A stretch of DNA of 64,000 bases from an uncultured Verrucomicrobiae bacterium (lineage in GTDB: Bacteria > Verrucomicrobiota > Verrucomicrobiia > Chthoniobacterales > JAFAMB01), in NCBI GenBank assembly GCA_963762565.1, contig CAVXLD010000001.1, positions 1,152,001 to 1,216,000 of the forward strand, given 5' to 3'. Position numbers and translations under genes: made by a program. Under the pieces are notes generated by a model. It made no database searches, was not told the origin of the DNA, and saw only the letters and a program-made list of their open reading frames with translations. Position 1 is the first letter of the stretch, and the number at the start of each line of letters is the position of its first letter. Positions 52,114 to 61,507 of this stretch are shown here, piece by piece.

Positions 52114-52773
52114 CTAGCTGGGGAGAGCGAAACAAACGATCTCGTTTACCGCTCGATGGTTTGACCAAAAGTTCGATCCGTCAAAAGCCAATGAACGGCA
52201 TGGGAACGGCACCTTGGCTAAGTCCTCGATGCGGGATGAGCCGGAGGATTGTAAATTCAAACGGGCGATGCTCCAATCTTCGTTCCCCTGCTCCGTTCCA
52301 CGCAGAACGTAAATCGCTCCCCCGAAATAGGTGTGCCCGCAAATCTCAGCGCCAATGTCGTACGTCTCCAGGATACTTCCGCTAGGATCGAGTTTCAGAA
52401 TACGATGCTTATACCATTGGCTAAGATAGACGTGGCTGCCGTCGTAGCTCAGGTAGGATCCGGTAAACTCCGGACAAGCAACCCGATCGGTTTCGGAGAA
52501 TCCACTATCGGAAGAATAACGTCGCAGATACCGATCGTCCGCGGCTCCTTCTCCGATATTGAAACAGAGCGCTTCACCGGTTGAGACAGCCGCCCATGGT
52601 ATTCCTGGCGCTTCGGTTTCTTTGAATACGCGCAGACTTTCCGGCTCAATCCCGTAAATACGCCGTAAGTCACGCGAGCCCATCCATAAGGCATCGTTGT
52701 GCCAAGCTAACGCTTGAGGTGTCACGGCAGGGGAAGCGACGCGCCTGCGTTCTTTAATTGCTGGTAGCGACAT
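52114..52773 (-). CDS. hypothetical beta-propeller-like protein, copy 2
   Basis: One substitution versus copy 1 (GIPW vs GIPS). Confidence 0.6.
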   Translation of the reverse strand: MSLPAIKERRRVASPAVTPQALAWHNDALWMGSRDLRRIYGIEPESLRVFKETEAPGIPWAAVSTGEALCFNIGEGAADDRYLRRYSSDSGFSETDRVACPEFTGSYLSYDGSHVYLSQWYKHRILKLDPSGSILETYDIGAEICGHTYFGGAIYVLRGTEQGNEDWSIARLNLQSSGSSRIEDLAKVPFPCRSLAFDGSNFWSNHRAVNEIVCFALPS

Positions 52774-52781
52774 GGGGGGTT

Positions 52782-52925
52782 CGGGTTGCGGGTTAGGAGT
52801 CACGGGTTTCGAGTTACGAGTTATGCGTTGTGGGTTGGAACTTGCAGGTCGGCGAGCGCACCGAATGTCTCGGCTTCGACAACGCCAACCCGTAACCCGC
52901 AACCCGTAACTCGCAACTCCTAACC
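52782..52925. repeat. inverted heptamer arrays
   Basis: (CGGGTTN/CGAGTTA)n ... (AACCCGY/AACTCGC)n. Confidence 0.75.
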
Positions 52926-52926
52926 T

Positions 52927-54021
52927 CTACCTGGCTCCGGATGACTCGCGTATCACCAGTTTGCTGTCTAACAAAATGTCGCGTACGGGCATATCCGGCC
53001 TGGCAATCCGCTCCAGCATAGCACCAACCGCAGCCGTGCCGATCTCCCGGCAGGGTTGATGGACAGTGGTCAATGGTACCGGCAAGAGCTTGGCATATTC
53101 GACATCATCAATTCCCACAATTCGGACATCCGACGGGATGCGATAATTTAGATGCATCAAGGTATGCATTAGACGCCCAGCCGTCCGATCATTTGCGCCG
53201 ACAACTCCGTCCGGCTCTAGCAGCTCCATTAAATGGCGAACCTCATCCTCGTCACCGGTCTCCAAGCTTTGAACCAGCGCTGGGTCGATCGGAGCACCAA
53301 ACACAAACAGAGCTTCTCTATAGCCAGCAATCCGCGCTGCCACCGTCGAAGCGGAATTCGAATAGGCCAGAAAAGCGATTCGCCGGCAGCCCAACTTGAG
53401 CAGATGCTCGGTGATCATGTAGCCGGCCCGGCGGTGATCGATTCCAACTAGATCGTGCCTGCTCCGTTCCGGATAGGGCAAGAAACAGCGATCAATCAAT
53501 ACGACCGGTATACGTGCCCGTTCGAGAGCAAAGATGATACGCTGATTGGTTTCGTCGCTCTCAGCGCCTCGCTCAAGTGGGGCAAAGAAAACGCCGCCCA
53601 CTTTCTTGCGAATATATTGTTGGCAGAGATCCCAGGTTTGATTGGATTTGGTCGCAGGATCCGGCGTCAAATTGCCCCAGAGCAAAGCATGCTTAGACGC
53701 TTGCGGCGCCTCAGACATCCCCTGCCGGATCGGACCAAAGATTTCCGTGTCGGCAACGTTCGGAAACAATAATCCGAACAGCAAGCCAGCCTCATCCACC
53801 GGTCCACTTCCAACATAGGTGCCAGACCCCGGTCGCCGCTCAATCAGGCCGGCCTGTTGCAACTCCCGCAGGGCTCTACCGACTGTAATTCTGGAAGTCT
53901 CAAATCGTTTGATGAGAGCCGCTTCACTGGGAAGCTTTTGACCGGGTTGATACCGCCCCGAGACGATATCCGTTTTTATCGTCTCGAGCACCTGACGGTA
54001 TTTGGGTATGCTGGCGCTCAC
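52927..54021 (-). CDS. GntR-HTH + LacI-type sensor regulator (AraR-like)
   Basis: PKY......I.SG.Y.PG.KLPSE, SRITV.RAL, G.GTYV; VGIDD, LTTVHQP. Confidence 0.88.
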   Translation of the reverse strand: MSASIPKYRQVLETIKTDIVSGRYQPGQKLPSEAALIKRFETSRITVGRALRELQQAGLIERRPGSGTYVGSGPVDEAGLLFGLLFPNVADTEIFGPIRQGMSEAPQASKHALLWGNLTPDPATKSNQTWDLCQQYIRKKVGGVFFAPLERGAESDETNQRIIFALERARIPVVLIDRCFLPYPERSRHDLVGIDHRRAGYMITEHLLKLGCRRIAFLAYSNSASTVAARIAGYREALFVFGAPIDPALVQSLETGDEDEVRHLMELLEPDGVVGANDRTAGRLMHTLMHLNYRIPSDVRIVGIDDVEYAKLLPVPLTTVHQPCREIGTAAVGAMLERIARPDMPVRDILLDSKLVIRESSGAR

Positions 54022-54872
54022 ATTTTATATACGTAATATCGAAACCTGATATTACAACTTAAGATGTTGATAATGAGCAATTAACATTGGGTTTTAACCC
54101 AATCCACACTGATTTAATCTAATGTGCCCTGGAATCACTTCCAGTACTGCTATATGTGATCCTTAGCTCCAATTGAGAGCAACAAGGTTCTTTAAACAAA
54201 ATCGCAAGACTGTGGCTCAGAGGGCTCCTTTTGGCAGAATTTCTGGGCATTCCGGAAAGCGTTTCGTTATACGGACGCCCAATCCAGGATGCTGAGAAAA
54301 ACTAAGAAAGGTCAAATATGGAAGGAATAGTATTCGCGTTTTTTGTTCTGAAGAATGGATATGAGCGGCCGGCCAGGAACATTCCTGAGCCTCAGTTTCA
54401 ACCGTTCAATCTTGCGGCGCTTAGATTGCCGAAAGACACGGATGAGACAACCCGCGGTGCCAAGGCAAATCGGCAACCAGCGTTAGCAGTTTCAGCGGCG
54501 TGCTGAGCGCCTCTGTTGTTGAGTAACAATGATCGTCGGGGTTGCACTCAAGGTTAGTCTCCTGTCCGTCCGGGCAGGTTCGTCTAGTCCTAGTGCAATT
54601 CCGATTTGATCGGTCGTCCCGTAAGGACTGAACGATCGTAGCGGCTCGACTGAGCTCGCCGAAGTCCTGGCAATTTCTTGCCAGGGAAGTGTGTGAAAAG
54701 GCACCGTCCCAGCGGGACGGTATGAGATACGGTTAGCGATGTACTTAGATTTCGAGCTATGCCGATCCGCAGCTTCAGACCCGATCCAGCGTCGGACTAT
54801 GCCCAAATTAAAGACCTGTTCGCGGCGCGCGGGGACGCGCGCCCTCCCCCACCTCGTGCTCTGACTGTTCCG

Positions 54873-56180
54873 CTATCGCCCAGAGCGGAAACGTTCTTTA
54901 AGAGTCGGAAAGGTATTCATCAGGAGGAACACAGATTTCGCGAAAAGTTTCTGCAGACCTTCCGAATGGAGTCGTTCCATATTGTGTAGCGACAAGCGAA
55001 CCGCGTGGAAGCCGTGTTCAATCATCTCTCGTTCGTAGGCGGCTAGCGCATCCAGAAGGAGAACCTCTCCCCTGGCAGCTTTGACCAACGCACGCTTTAA
55101 GGCGGCCGCATCTCGCAAAGCCATGTTAGCGCCCATGCCGCGATATGGCGTCATATTGTGCAAGGCATCTCCTAGCAAGGTGACATTTCTGGTCTGCCAG
55201 GGAGGAACAGGAACCGATGTTTTGATCGGAAACATACTAAGATCGGACGTTCTGTTAACGATCTCCCGAAGAGCAGGATCCCAACCCTTCATCAGCGTTA
55301 GCGCCGCTCTCTTGAGGTCTTCAGGTATGGGAGCTTGTTGATTACCGGTCGAGCCGAATTTCTCCCGGCGAGCAGAAAAACCCCACATCAGGTATTCCTC
55401 GCGGTTTGTAAATGGTGAACTCGTTTCGGCCGAATCTATCCTGTCTTGGAGGGTTGGGTCAGTGAGATTCGAGTCTCCGTATTCGACGGCATTGGTGAAG
55501 AGAAAACAACCTTTTCGTCCCAGGACTAGAGTAGGTCCAAGGAATACTGCCGGTGGCGCCATCTTACGGACCGCGTCATTCAAGCCAAGTTTACCAGCCA
55601 CTGACAGGAGCCCGGTCTCGACGCGTTGCGCGTGCGGGAGTAACTGTGTCCTAACCCGGGAGCTGGCTCCGTCGGCGCCTATTAAAACATCCCCGGTAGC
55701 GCTCGAACCATCTTCGAAGAGGACCTTCACGGCTCCTTCCGGCGTGTCTTCAAAGCTGACGAATTTCTTGCCAAACTGCACAACCCCATCGAGCCCTTCC
55801 AGCAGGACGCGACGGAGTGCGATACGGGTGATGGGCCGCTCACAGTCCGGGGAATATGGATCGGTCTCCAAGATCTTGATACCCAGCAGCAGCTTTAATC
55901 GTTCATCTAGAAACGAAACCGCCCGGCTCGGCTTCAGTGAGTTTTTGACCAGGGTCGCAAAAACCGAATCTGGCAAACAGTCTTTCAGCGCCCGGTTACC
56001 CGTCGGATTGATACTGAGACGGTAACCGCCCTGCCGATCGAAAGGGACCGGGTCACGCTCAAAGACCTGAACTGAAATTTTTTCCGATCTCAAACCTTGG
56101 GCGAGACAAAGGCCTCCGGTACCGGCTCCGATGACGAGGACTTTCAGCGGGTGCTTAGCTTCCTGAAGAGTCTGACTCAT
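54873..56180 (-). CDS. FAD-dependent monooxygenase
   Basis: VIGAGTGG, LIGADGASSRVR, TLLGDA.H.M.P..G.GAN.ALRDA. Confidence 0.9.
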   Translation of the reverse strand: MSQTLQEAKHPLKVLVIGAGTGGLCLAQGLRSEKISVQVFERDPVPFDRQGGYRLSINPTGNRALKDCLPDSVFATLVKNSLKPSRAVSFLDERLKLLLGIKILETDPYSPDCERPITRIALRRVLLEGLDGVVQFGKKFVSFEDTPEGAVKVLFEDGSSATGDVLIGADGASSRVRTQLLPHAQRVETGLLSVAGKLGLNDAVRKMAPPAVFLGPTLVLGRKGCFLFTNAVEYGDSNLTDPTLQDRIDSAETSSPFTNREEYLMWGFSARREKFGSTGNQQAPIPEDLKRAALTLMKGWDPALREIVNRTSDLSMFPIKTSVPVPPWQTRNVTLLGDALHNMTPYRGMGANMALRDAAALKRALVKAARGEVLLLDALAAYEREMIEHGFHAVRLSLHNMERLHSEGLQKLFAKSVFLLMNTFPTLKERFRSGR

Positions 56181-56184
56181 AATT

Positions 56185-56240
56185 TCAACCATTTGGTTGA
56201 AAATTGATCCGCTCAACCAGTTTGTCAACCAACTGGTTGA
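56185..56240. promoter_or_regulatory. two palindromic TetR operators
   Basis: TCAACCATTTGGTTGA (56185) and TCAACCAACTGGTTGA (56225), plus a half-site at 56213. Confidence 0.75.
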
Positions 56241-56278
56241 AATCCTACGCGGCCTGATCCAATATTGATCTTAATAAC

Positions 56279-56911
56279 GTGCCTCACTCTAAACCGGACC
56301 CGGCCAAGACCGCAGGCAAAGCGCTAAAGTCTAAAGAATCAGCCAAAAGCAATGAAAGGCGTCGCGAGATCGTCCACGCCGCCTATCAGACTCTGGCCGA
56401 AAAAGGATTTGAGGGACTTCGGATGCGGGAGATCGCTAAACGAGCCGGTATTGATCATTCAACATTGCACTACTATTTCTCGGGAAAGGAGTCGCTGATC
56501 GATGGAGTCGTTGACTACATCATTCAGGACCTGGCGATTGGGCGGCCGGATATGGAGAGGGAATTAAGTCCGCGCGAGCTGCTCGCAGGCCATTTTAATG
56601 CGCTCGTCCGCCAAATGGAACAAACACCAGAGATGTTTGTCGTGCTGGTGGAGCTACAAGCCCGAGCCCTGCGCGAACCCGCGCTGCGAGCGATTTTCGC
56701 AAAAAACGACCGTGGTTGGAAAGGCTTTCTACTAGAAATACTCCGAGCGGGGATTCAGAAAAAAGAGTTCCCCGCGACGCTACAGCCGGAGGTAACAGCC
56801 GACGTCATCATTGCCATGGTTAGAGGCCTAAGCACAACTTTTTCGGGCCGGCCCGAACTGATGAAACGTCCTCTTCAACAACTGCTCCGGTGGGTTGAAG
56901 GCAACGACTAA
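56279..56911 (+). CDS. TetR family regulator
   Basis: RRREIVHAA...LAEKGFEG...REIAKRAGI.HSTLHYYF.GKE.L. Confidence 0.9.
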   Translation: MPHSKPDPAKTAGKALKSKESAKSNERRREIVHAAYQTLAEKGFEGLRMREIAKRAGIDHSTLHYYFSGKESLIDGVVDYIIQDLAIGRPDMERELSPRELLAGHFNALVRQMEQTPEMFVVLVELQARALREPALRAIFAKNDRGWKGFLLEILRAGIQKKEFPATLQPEVTADVIIAMVRGLSTTFSGRPELMKRPLQQLLRWVEGND

Positions 56912-56947
56912 GCAGGTGCGTTTCTAGTTTGGTGCGACAATGCAGAC

Positions 56948-58060
56948 CTATTCGCGGCGCGCGAGGACGCGCGCCCTCCCTGCTGACGGATCCTTTACCA
57001 ACACCATCTTTGCCAGAGGCATCGAGGTCCTCTCTGGCGCAGCGGCCAACCGCGCGGCCATGCGCTCCTCCAAACGCTCAATGAACTGAGCTGCACGAGC
57101 AACACGGTTATCCAAGCCGGCAGCCAGGGTAGGTCCAACCGAGGCTCGGGAAAAAGCGGCCCAACGTGCGCCAAAAGCCCGGGCATCACCATCCTCTTCG
57201 AATTCGCTCCACACATGGTCTTCGCCGTAGAAAATCTCGAGCTCTTCGACTGAGAGCCCTGCGAAACTTCCTGTCTCCGCAAAGGGCGCAATAAATTCCT
57301 TACGGCTTCGGCCATAAGTCGGGATCACCATGCGACGCATCTCCGATGCGTTGATAAATCTCTCTTCAACTAAGTCCGTTAGGCTACCATAAATGGCTTC
57401 GACAGAGGCCCGGTAACCGAAATCACCTTGATCATCAACCGCCATGCTCAATAGCACGAGCCGGGCTCCAGGTCGCAATTCAGCGCCCCGATGGGCGAGA
57501 AAATTCCGCCAATCTTGCGCAGCCTGAACAGAAAAAACTGCTCTCGCCGCAGGATCGCGACTATACGCAACTTGTACTTGGTCAGGGATAGATGCTGGGG
57601 CTCGGCTGAGCCATTGTACCGCCCAGGAACTCCATCCTAAGGTCACACTCGACTCAGGCAAAATCTGCTCGTAAAACGATCTACCAACTGCATAGGGAAA
57701 CACGGCAGTATTCTCCCACAGGTAACTGGCAGGATCCGAGGCTAGCATCTGGAACAGCGCGCCGAAATCGTTACCTGGTAGGTCGGTGTGTACCACCGAG
57801 ATAGCCCGTTTCTTGCCGATGCGCTGGCGAAGGACTTCAATCGCCACGCGCAGAGGAACAAGAGAGTTGCGGCCCTCCGACGAGCCATAATCTGCAATCA
57901 CGATCGGTTCGGGGACGGGTGGTAATAAAACTTCCTGCGCTGCTTTCTCAAGCAACGGTACCGCCGGCGATGAACCGGCAGCCTGCACTCGGGAGCTCCG
58001 ATTGTAGGCTCCACGCCCCTCCATGGGCGACGGCCCGTTTAGTTCAGAGCATTCGGCCAT
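56948..58060 (-). CDS. SAM-dependent carboxyl methyltransferase (SABATH/Methyltransf_7)
   Basis: MEG.G.Y..SS..Q, IADYGSSEGRNS, DLPGNDF, VGRSFY..ILP..S, S.AVQWLS, DW..FL..R..EL.PG. Confidence 0.85.
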   Translation of the reverse strand: MAECSELNGPSPMEGRGAYNRSSRVQAAGSSPAVPLLEKAAQEVLLPPVPEPIVIADYGSSEGRNSLVPLRVAIEVLRQRIGKKRAISVVHTDLPGNDFGALFQMLASDPASYLWENTAVFPYAVGRSFYEQILPESSVTLGWSSWAVQWLSRAPASIPDQVQVAYSRDPAARAVFSVQAAQDWRNFLAHRGAELRPGARLVLLSMAVDDQGDFGYRASVEAIYGSLTDLVEERFINASEMRRMVIPTYGRSRKEFIAPFAETGSFAGLSVEELEIFYGEDHVWSEFEEDGDARAFGARWAAFSRASVGPTLAAGLDNRVARAAQFIERLEERMAARLAAAPERTSMPLAKMVLVKDPSAGRARVLARRE

Positions 58061-58078
58061 TTCGATTACCCAGTCTAG

Positions 58079-59023
58079 TTATAAGCCTGCGCGGCTAGGT
58101 TTGAGTAACATGACCACGAGAACACCTACAAGAATGAAAAGCGCCCCGATCAAATGGTAAGAGAGCAGGTGTTCGCCAAGAAGAAAATAAGCCAGGATCG
58201 CGACAAAGACAGTTTGTAGGTAGAGAAAAACACCGGCTCGGGAGGCGCCTAACGCTTGCACACTCAAATTGAACAAATAGTACATCAGAGCGCCGCCGGG
58301 CCCAGCGGTGTAAATCAACGCCCAAAAACCTTTCGTGCTCAGAGCGGTTCGCTCGTCGTGCATTAGTTCCCAAGTGTAGAAAGGAGTGGCTGCTACCACT
58401 CCTGCTCCCAGGAGCACGACCAAGAGCGGCAAACCCGGCAGTTCATACTTCGCCTTCCGCAGCAATACGGTATACAGGGCAAAGGCCATCGCCGCGCCAA
58501 CCACAAAGAGGTCTCCAACATTTAGATCGAGACGGAGCAATGCCCACAAATCTCCGCGGGTCACAATGATAGCCATCCCGACGAAAGCGATGATTGAACC
58601 AATAAACTGCCAGGTACCGACCGGCTCGTTCAATAGGAAGCGCGCCAGAACCATCGTCATCACCGGCATCAAAGCAATAATCAATCCGGCATTAATCGCG
58701 GTAGTATAGTTCAGGCCCATATAAATGAGGCCTTGAGTGATTGATAAACCCAGGCCGCCGATTATCAGGAGTGAGAGCCATCTTTGTCGAATTAGGCCGA
58801 TCATCGCAGACCAATGCCGATGAGTAACGGGAAGTAGGATGAGACAGGCAATAAAGACTCGCCAGAAACAGAGTGCCCAAGGGGGCATTTCGCTAATCAC
58901 TGCCTTAGCAGCAATATAAACGCCGGCTGATAACAGCCAGCAAAGGACAGCTAGGCCAGCCGCAATATGTGTATTTGCGTTAGAAGCTACATCAACCGCG
59001 GTTTGTTTTGGTGCAGCCGGCAT
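58079..59023 (-). CDS. DMT/EamA family transporter
   Basis: About 10 TM helices, two EamA repeats (LNYTTAINAG, LGE.L). Confidence 0.88.
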   Translation of the reverse strand: MPAAPKQTAVDVASNANTHIAAGLAVLCWLLSAGVYIAAKAVISEMPPWALCFWRVFIACLILLPVTHRHWSAMIGLIRQRWLSLLIIGGLGLSITQGLIYMGLNYTTAINAGLIIALMPVMTMVLARFLLNEPVGTWQFIGSIIAFVGMAIIVTRGDLWALLRLDLNVGDLFVVGAAMAFALYTVLLRKAKYELPGLPLLVVLLGAGVVAATPFYTWELMHDERTALSTKGFWALIYTAGPGGALMYYLFNLSVQALGASRAGVFLYLQTVFVAILAYFLLGEHLLSYHLIGALFILVGVLVVMLLKPSRAGL

Positions 59024-59380
59024 AGTGGGTCGAAAGGTTGTCGCTCTATCAGTAGGGGATTTCGACACCAGAGCATCGCGGACCATTAAATGCCCTACCC
59101 ACAGATGTATCCATATGCTCTGTGGATAAACAGCCAAAACGCAGTCTCCTTGAAAAACTTTCCGGCTTCAGTCACGTTGCGACAACTGACAGAAGATCGC
59201 GAAGACTAAATAATGCACAAGAAGATCACAAAGGCCACAAAGACAGAAATTCTTCATAGAAGGTAACGAAGCAAACGAAGGCTAAGGCGACAGGCTCCAG
59301 GCCATTTGCTGACCTTTTCTTTCGATACCTTCGTGCCTTCTGTAAAAATTGGGGTCTTTTTTCACCCCCCACTGACCAAT

Positions 59381-60901
59381 ATGTTGAATTCGCTTTTAGA
59401 GGATGCCAGCACAAAGTTTCCCCTCAACGTTGCCCTAATTTTCGAAGATAAGAGCTATAAGTACGCGGAGCTCTGCTGCCTGACGGAAAGCTTGTCGGCG
59501 GCTCTTATCGAACAGGGAGTTCGACCCGGAGACCGGGTGGCATTCCTGCTGCCGAACTGCCTGGAGATCGTCCTTTGCTACTATGCTTGTTTCAAGATCG
59601 GCGCTGTCGCCGTGCCGCTTAACATTCGCTTCACAGCAGAGCTGCTTGAATATGCGATCAATCATAGTGGCGCCCGTGTTCTCATCAGCGAACCAAACCT
59701 GTTTTCCCAAATCGAAAGAATCCGGTCGTCGCTGCGGGAAGTTAAACAATACTATCTGACATCACATGATTCGGAATTCGAGGGAGCCAGGCCTTTCGCC
59801 GACCTGCTGGCCACGACGTCTGATTTGAAACTCGAGACGTCTTCCGGGAACGGTCCGGCCGCTATCTACTACACTTCGGGCACGACAGGAGTGCCAAAAG
59901 CAGTAATCCATTCTCATGCCAGCCTGACGCAAGCAACCCAATACCAAATCGATCAGATCGCTATCACCTCAGCAGACACCACGCTGATCCTGTTCCCGAT
60001 CTGCTATCTGATCGGTTTTGGTTCTCAAATTCTGCCATTCCATCGGTGCGGAGCTACCTGTGTCTTGCTAGCTCAATTCGAACCTCGAGCTGCACTGGCC
60101 GCCATGGAAAGCCACAAGCCAACCAAAACCTACGGCTTCCCTAAGTTGTATCATGATTTGATCAACTGCCCGGATGCCGGCTCCTATAACGTCAAGTCCC
60201 TCAATTTTTGTTTTTCTGCGGGTGAAGCGATCGCAGTCGCTATCCAGGAACGATTTAAGCACGTCTTCGGAGTCGAGATCACAGAGGGCTGCGGGATGAC
60301 TGAGCTGCAGATTTACTGCATGAATCCTCCGTACGGCGACAAAAAGATTGGCTCAATCGGAAAACCAATCCGCGGTATGGAGCTTTCCCTGATTGATGAT
60401 TCGGGTCACTCGATTTCCACCGCGCGTCGGGTAGGAGAAATGATCGTGCGAGGGGGGAGTATGACCTCCGGCTATTGGCGCGATATCGAGCTAACTAACA
60501 AGAGCATTCGAGACGGATGGTTTCACACCGATGATCTTGCGTATCGGGATGAACAGGGCTTTTACTGGTTCGTCAGCCGCAAATCCGAAATTATTAGGAA
60601 CGAGGCCGGGCTAATCTCTCCCATCGAAGTGGAAGGCGCCTTATACGCACATCCGGCCGTGCTCGAGGCCGGCGTTATCGGTGTACCTGACCCATTCGAA
60701 GGTGAAGTCCCTCAAGCCTACGTTGTCGTCCGGCAGGAAAACCCTCCGGTGACGGAGTCACAACTAATCGATTTGGTGAGGAGTCGGCTCCCAGGCTACA
60801 AGGCGCCGACTCGGATCATTTTCACTGAGAGCTTACCTCACGGGCCTACAGGCAAAATCGATCGTAAAACTTTGCGAGCAAAGGCGCTAGCTTCCCATTA
60901 G
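59381..60901 (+). CDS. AMP-dependent acyl-CoA synthetase
   Basis: YTSGTTGVPK, EGCGMTE, GWFHTDDL (canonical TGD), P.GPTGKIDR. Confidence 0.88.
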   Translation: MLNSLLEDASTKFPLNVALIFEDKSYKYAELCCLTESLSAALIEQGVRPGDRVAFLLPNCLEIVLCYYACFKIGAVAVPLNIRFTAELLEYAINHSGARVLISEPNLFSQIERIRSSLREVKQYYLTSHDSEFEGARPFADLLATTSDLKLETSSGNGPAAIYYTSGTTGVPKAVIHSHASLTQATQYQIDQIAITSADTTLILFPICYLIGFGSQILPFHRCGATCVLLAQFEPRAALAAMESHKPTKTYGFPKLYHDLINCPDAGSYNVKSLNFCFSAGEAIAVAIQERFKHVFGVEITEGCGMTELQIYCMNPPYGDKKIGSIGKPIRGMELSLIDDSGHSISTARRVGEMIVRGGSMTSGYWRDIELTNKSIRDGWFHTDDLAYRDEQGFYWFVSRKSEIIRNEAGLISPIEVEGALYAHPAVLEAGVIGVPDPFEGEVPQAYVVVRQENPPVTESQLIDLVRSRLPGYKAPTRIIFTESLPHGPTGKIDRKTLRAKALASH

Positions 60902-61240
60902 CTTCTCTCGCCGCTCCGCCTGCATCGCTTCTAATTTTTTTGATTGCTCGGGAGTCAATACTTTGCCGGCCTGTTCTTTAAAATTCGTTTGAATAGCCTG
61001 GACCTTACGCAGTTTCTGCAACTTGCCCAGGGAGGAGTTGGCCATCAGCGCTTTAATCGCTTGGTCTCGTTGCGCTACTATCGGAGTCATCGCCTTCTGT
61101 TGTTGTTCGTTCAGCTGAAGCTTTTCCGTAAGCTCCTTCATTTGGATCCCTTCCATGGCTTGACCGATGGCAAGACTCGTGAAGCAGAAAACGGCTGCTA
61201 CGAGCACGACTAGTTGGGGGAATAATTTGACTGATTTCAT
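60887..61240 (-). CDS. secreted helical protein (Spy/CpxP-like)
   Basis: Signal peptide; KLQLNEQQQ and LTPEQ motifs. Confidence 0.55.
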   Translation of the reverse strand: MKSVKLFPQLVVLVAAVFCFTSLAIGQAMEGIQMKELTEKLQLNEQQQKAMTPIVAQRDQAIKALMANSSLGKLQKLRKVQAIQTNFKEQAGKVLTPEQSKKLEAMQAERREKLMGS

Positions 61241-61507
61241 TCGAATTAACTGGGGTTGTTGGTTTGTGGTTATTTGTTGGGGAGTAAAGTCGGATTCGGG
61301 AGGCATGCATCGGGGAGGGCGCGCGTCCCCGCGCGCCGCGACGACGTGACAGAACCAAAGATGTATATTTGTCCCTGATCACAGCATGTCCTCGGCTCCG
61401 GTAACAATCCGGCGGCTGCCGGACGAGGACGCGATCCCTCCCGGGCGATGGGCGTTCAGACACCTCTATCCCAGGGAAAAAAAACCGGGCTGTTTTCTTA
61501 AACCATT

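Larger units (their letters stand above)
46276..52818. repeat. tandem duplication of ~3.27 kb (46276-49545 / 49546-52818)
   Basis: Four genes repeated with only scattered SNPs and a few 1-bp indels. Confidence 0.95.
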
